Shown piece after piece: positions 29,901 to 32,155 of a stretch of DNA of 32,155 bases (its first letter is position 1; each line of letters opens with the position of its first letter). Under the pieces are notes generated by a model, which saw only the letters and a program-made list of their open reading frames with translations, ran no database searches and had not been told where the DNA came from. The position numbers and the translations under genes were made by a program. Source of the DNA: Macrostomum lignano (taxonomy: Eukaryota); assembly GCA_002269645.1 (NCBI GenBank), contig NIVC01004889.1, positions 1 to 32,155 on the forward strand, in the 5' to 3' direction.

Positions 29901-30896
29901 TCGGCAGAAACCAGGGCATGCTTAGCATTTAATCTGTCCAGATATTGTTGCAGGGTGAAAGTGACTTTATCTAAGCCATCAATGACGTCAAATCAACTGA
30001 TATTCACTTGTGTGCAGTCGATTTATTCATGAGATAAATCTGGCACAGTCACGACTTAATATCACAGGTGTGACCAGTTGCTCATTAGCAGTTACCTTCT
30101 GTTCTTACTTTTGCACTCCTATACAACACTTATTATCTAGATAGTTCTCAAATTAATAACCAACACTGCTGAGTTCACGGCTGATAAAACATAAGCGGCC
30201 ATCTGCTATCTCATCTTCATCTTTGCGTCGCTGACCAAGCGCACTTCACCTGTCTAATTACAATCATTTCTGCAGGAGGGAGAACAGTGAAGAATTGGCG
30301 CAGAGTGTGAGCGACAGGTGCAACAATCTAGGCACCGAAGCGCTAATTCACCCAATAATATGAGGTATGCTGCAAAAAAAAATTCCACGCGTTTTTTCTA
30401 ACGCGTCGGGAATTAAGAATTTGACGCACATACTAGCCGAATCTGGCCGAATAACACTATGCATGTTATAACACTATGCTACACAATTCACAAAGCTACA
30501 ATCAATACCATCTATGAGAAAAAATCTATAGTAGATTGGTGTATTCACGGGCAGCACGGATGCAACCGTTTTTATCTCCATAGTATCATGCTAGAGTAGA
30601 GAGTTGGGATGTTTTAGAGTAGTAACGCAATCGTCTTTTCATAACATTCACTGGTTGGGCATCTGCTGATACAGAGGGGGGGGGGGCTTAATACGGCTTG
30701 TCGTTAGCCCAGTCCTCGTAGAAAATATCAATATCGCTGCAGGGGATTTTAGGCATATAAATACTACGCATATATTGACGGGTTCAATACTTCTGCATTG
30801 ACAGTTGGGAGTAGAGTGGCGGGATATAAGCCACAGCGAGCTCAGTAAAACTGAACTGCTGCGGGCAAGTGCAAGGATTCCGTCAAGCTTTACAAA

Positions 30897-31024
30897 CATA
30901 CAGACGGATACAGACAGACACTAAAAAAAGAGAGACATACAGATAAAAAGGCAGAAAGACAGACAGACAGACAGACCGACAGACATACAGATAGACATAC
31001 AGTAATACAGACAGACATACAGTA

Positions 31025-31099
<75 letters not shown>

Positions 31100-31100
31100 T

Positions 31101-31155
<55 letters not shown>

Positions 31156-31194
31156 TACAGATAGACATACAGTAATACAGACAGACATACAGTA

Positions 31195-31241
<47 letters not shown>

Positions 31242-31242
31242 T

Positions 31243-31275
<33 letters not shown>

Positions 31276-31305
31276 AAGACAGACAGACAGACAGACAGAC
31301 ACTCT

Positions 31306-31341
<36 letters not shown>

Positions 31342-31474
31342 TACAGTAAGACAGACAGACAGACAGACAGGACAGACAGACAGACAGACAGATACAGACA
31401 GATAGACAGACAGACATACAGATAGACATACAGTAATACAGACAACATACAGTAATACAGACAGACATACAGTA

Positions 31475-31509
<35 letters not shown>

Positions 31510-31530
31510 GACAGACAGACAGATACAGAC

Positions 31531-31573
<43 letters not shown>

Positions 31574-31607
31574 ATACAGACAGATAGACAGACAGACAGA
31601 ACAGAAC

Positions 31608-31639
<32 letters not shown>

Positions 31640-31643
31640 CTCT

Positions 31644-31727
<84 letters not shown>

Positions 31728-31739
31728 ATAGACAGACAA

Positions 31740-31798
<59 letters not shown>

Positions 31799-31837
31799 TA
31801 CATACAGATAGACAGACAGACAGACAGACATACAGTA

Positions 31838-31880
<43 letters not shown>

Positions 31881-32019
31881 AGACAGACCGACACATACAT
31901 ACAGATAGACAGACAGACAGACAGACATACAGTAAGACACGACAGACAGACATACAGATAGACAGACAGACAGACAGACATACAGATAGACATACAGTAA
32001 GACAGACAGACATACAGTA

Positions 32020-32068
<49 letters not shown>

Positions 32069-32100
32069 CAGATAGACAGACAGACAGACACAATACAGTA

Positions 32101-32149
<49 letters not shown>

Positions 32150-32155
32150 TACAGA
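30897..32155. repeat. (GACA)n microsatellite with CATACAGTAA interruptions, runs off the window
   Basis: Read directly; explains the ORFs at 30883-32150. Confidence 0.98.

Noticed and set aside
30381-30436. Hairpin AATTCC-ACGCGTT...AACGCGT-CGGGAATT followed 18 nt later by CTAG, like a Helitron 3' end
   Set aside because: The base after CTAG is C rather than the expected T, and no 5' TC end or Rep/helicase remnant was identified.
30883-32150. Three ~400-aa minus-strand ORFs (VCLS repeats)
   Set aside because: Translation of the (GACA)n microsatellite.

Overview
Eukaryotic (metazoan-like) genomic DNA in three parts. (1) 1-11946: the first seven coding exons of a TMEM94/KIAA0195-like gene on the + strand. 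Each intron carries its own tandem repeat, and intron 1 also holds a 5'-truncated, degenerate LINE. (2) 11947-29404: a 17,458-bp, AT-rich, apparently complete Maverick/Polinton (polintovirus) with 321-bp TIRs ending AGTAGT...ACTACT. It encodes pPolB, major and minor capsid proteins, packaging ATPase, cysteine protease, a PLA2-integrase fusion, a pX-like core protein, a phage-like fibre with two lectin-type domains, an HNH endonuclease and several small ORFs. Most ORF breaks are single missing bases in homopolymers, which suggests sequencing error rather than decay. (3) 29405-32155: a Tc1/IS630-like relic and a (GACA)n microsatellite. Main discovery: a 303-nt group I (IC1-type) self-splicing intron at 27062-27364, with P1-P10 pairings and a covarying P7. 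It splits the G|PG loop of the PLA2-integrase gene and lies about 100 nt downstream of a free-standing HNH endonuclease, so it is a candidate intron/homing-endonuclease pair inside an animal nuclear Maverick. All calls come from reading the sequence and recalling motifs; no searches were run.
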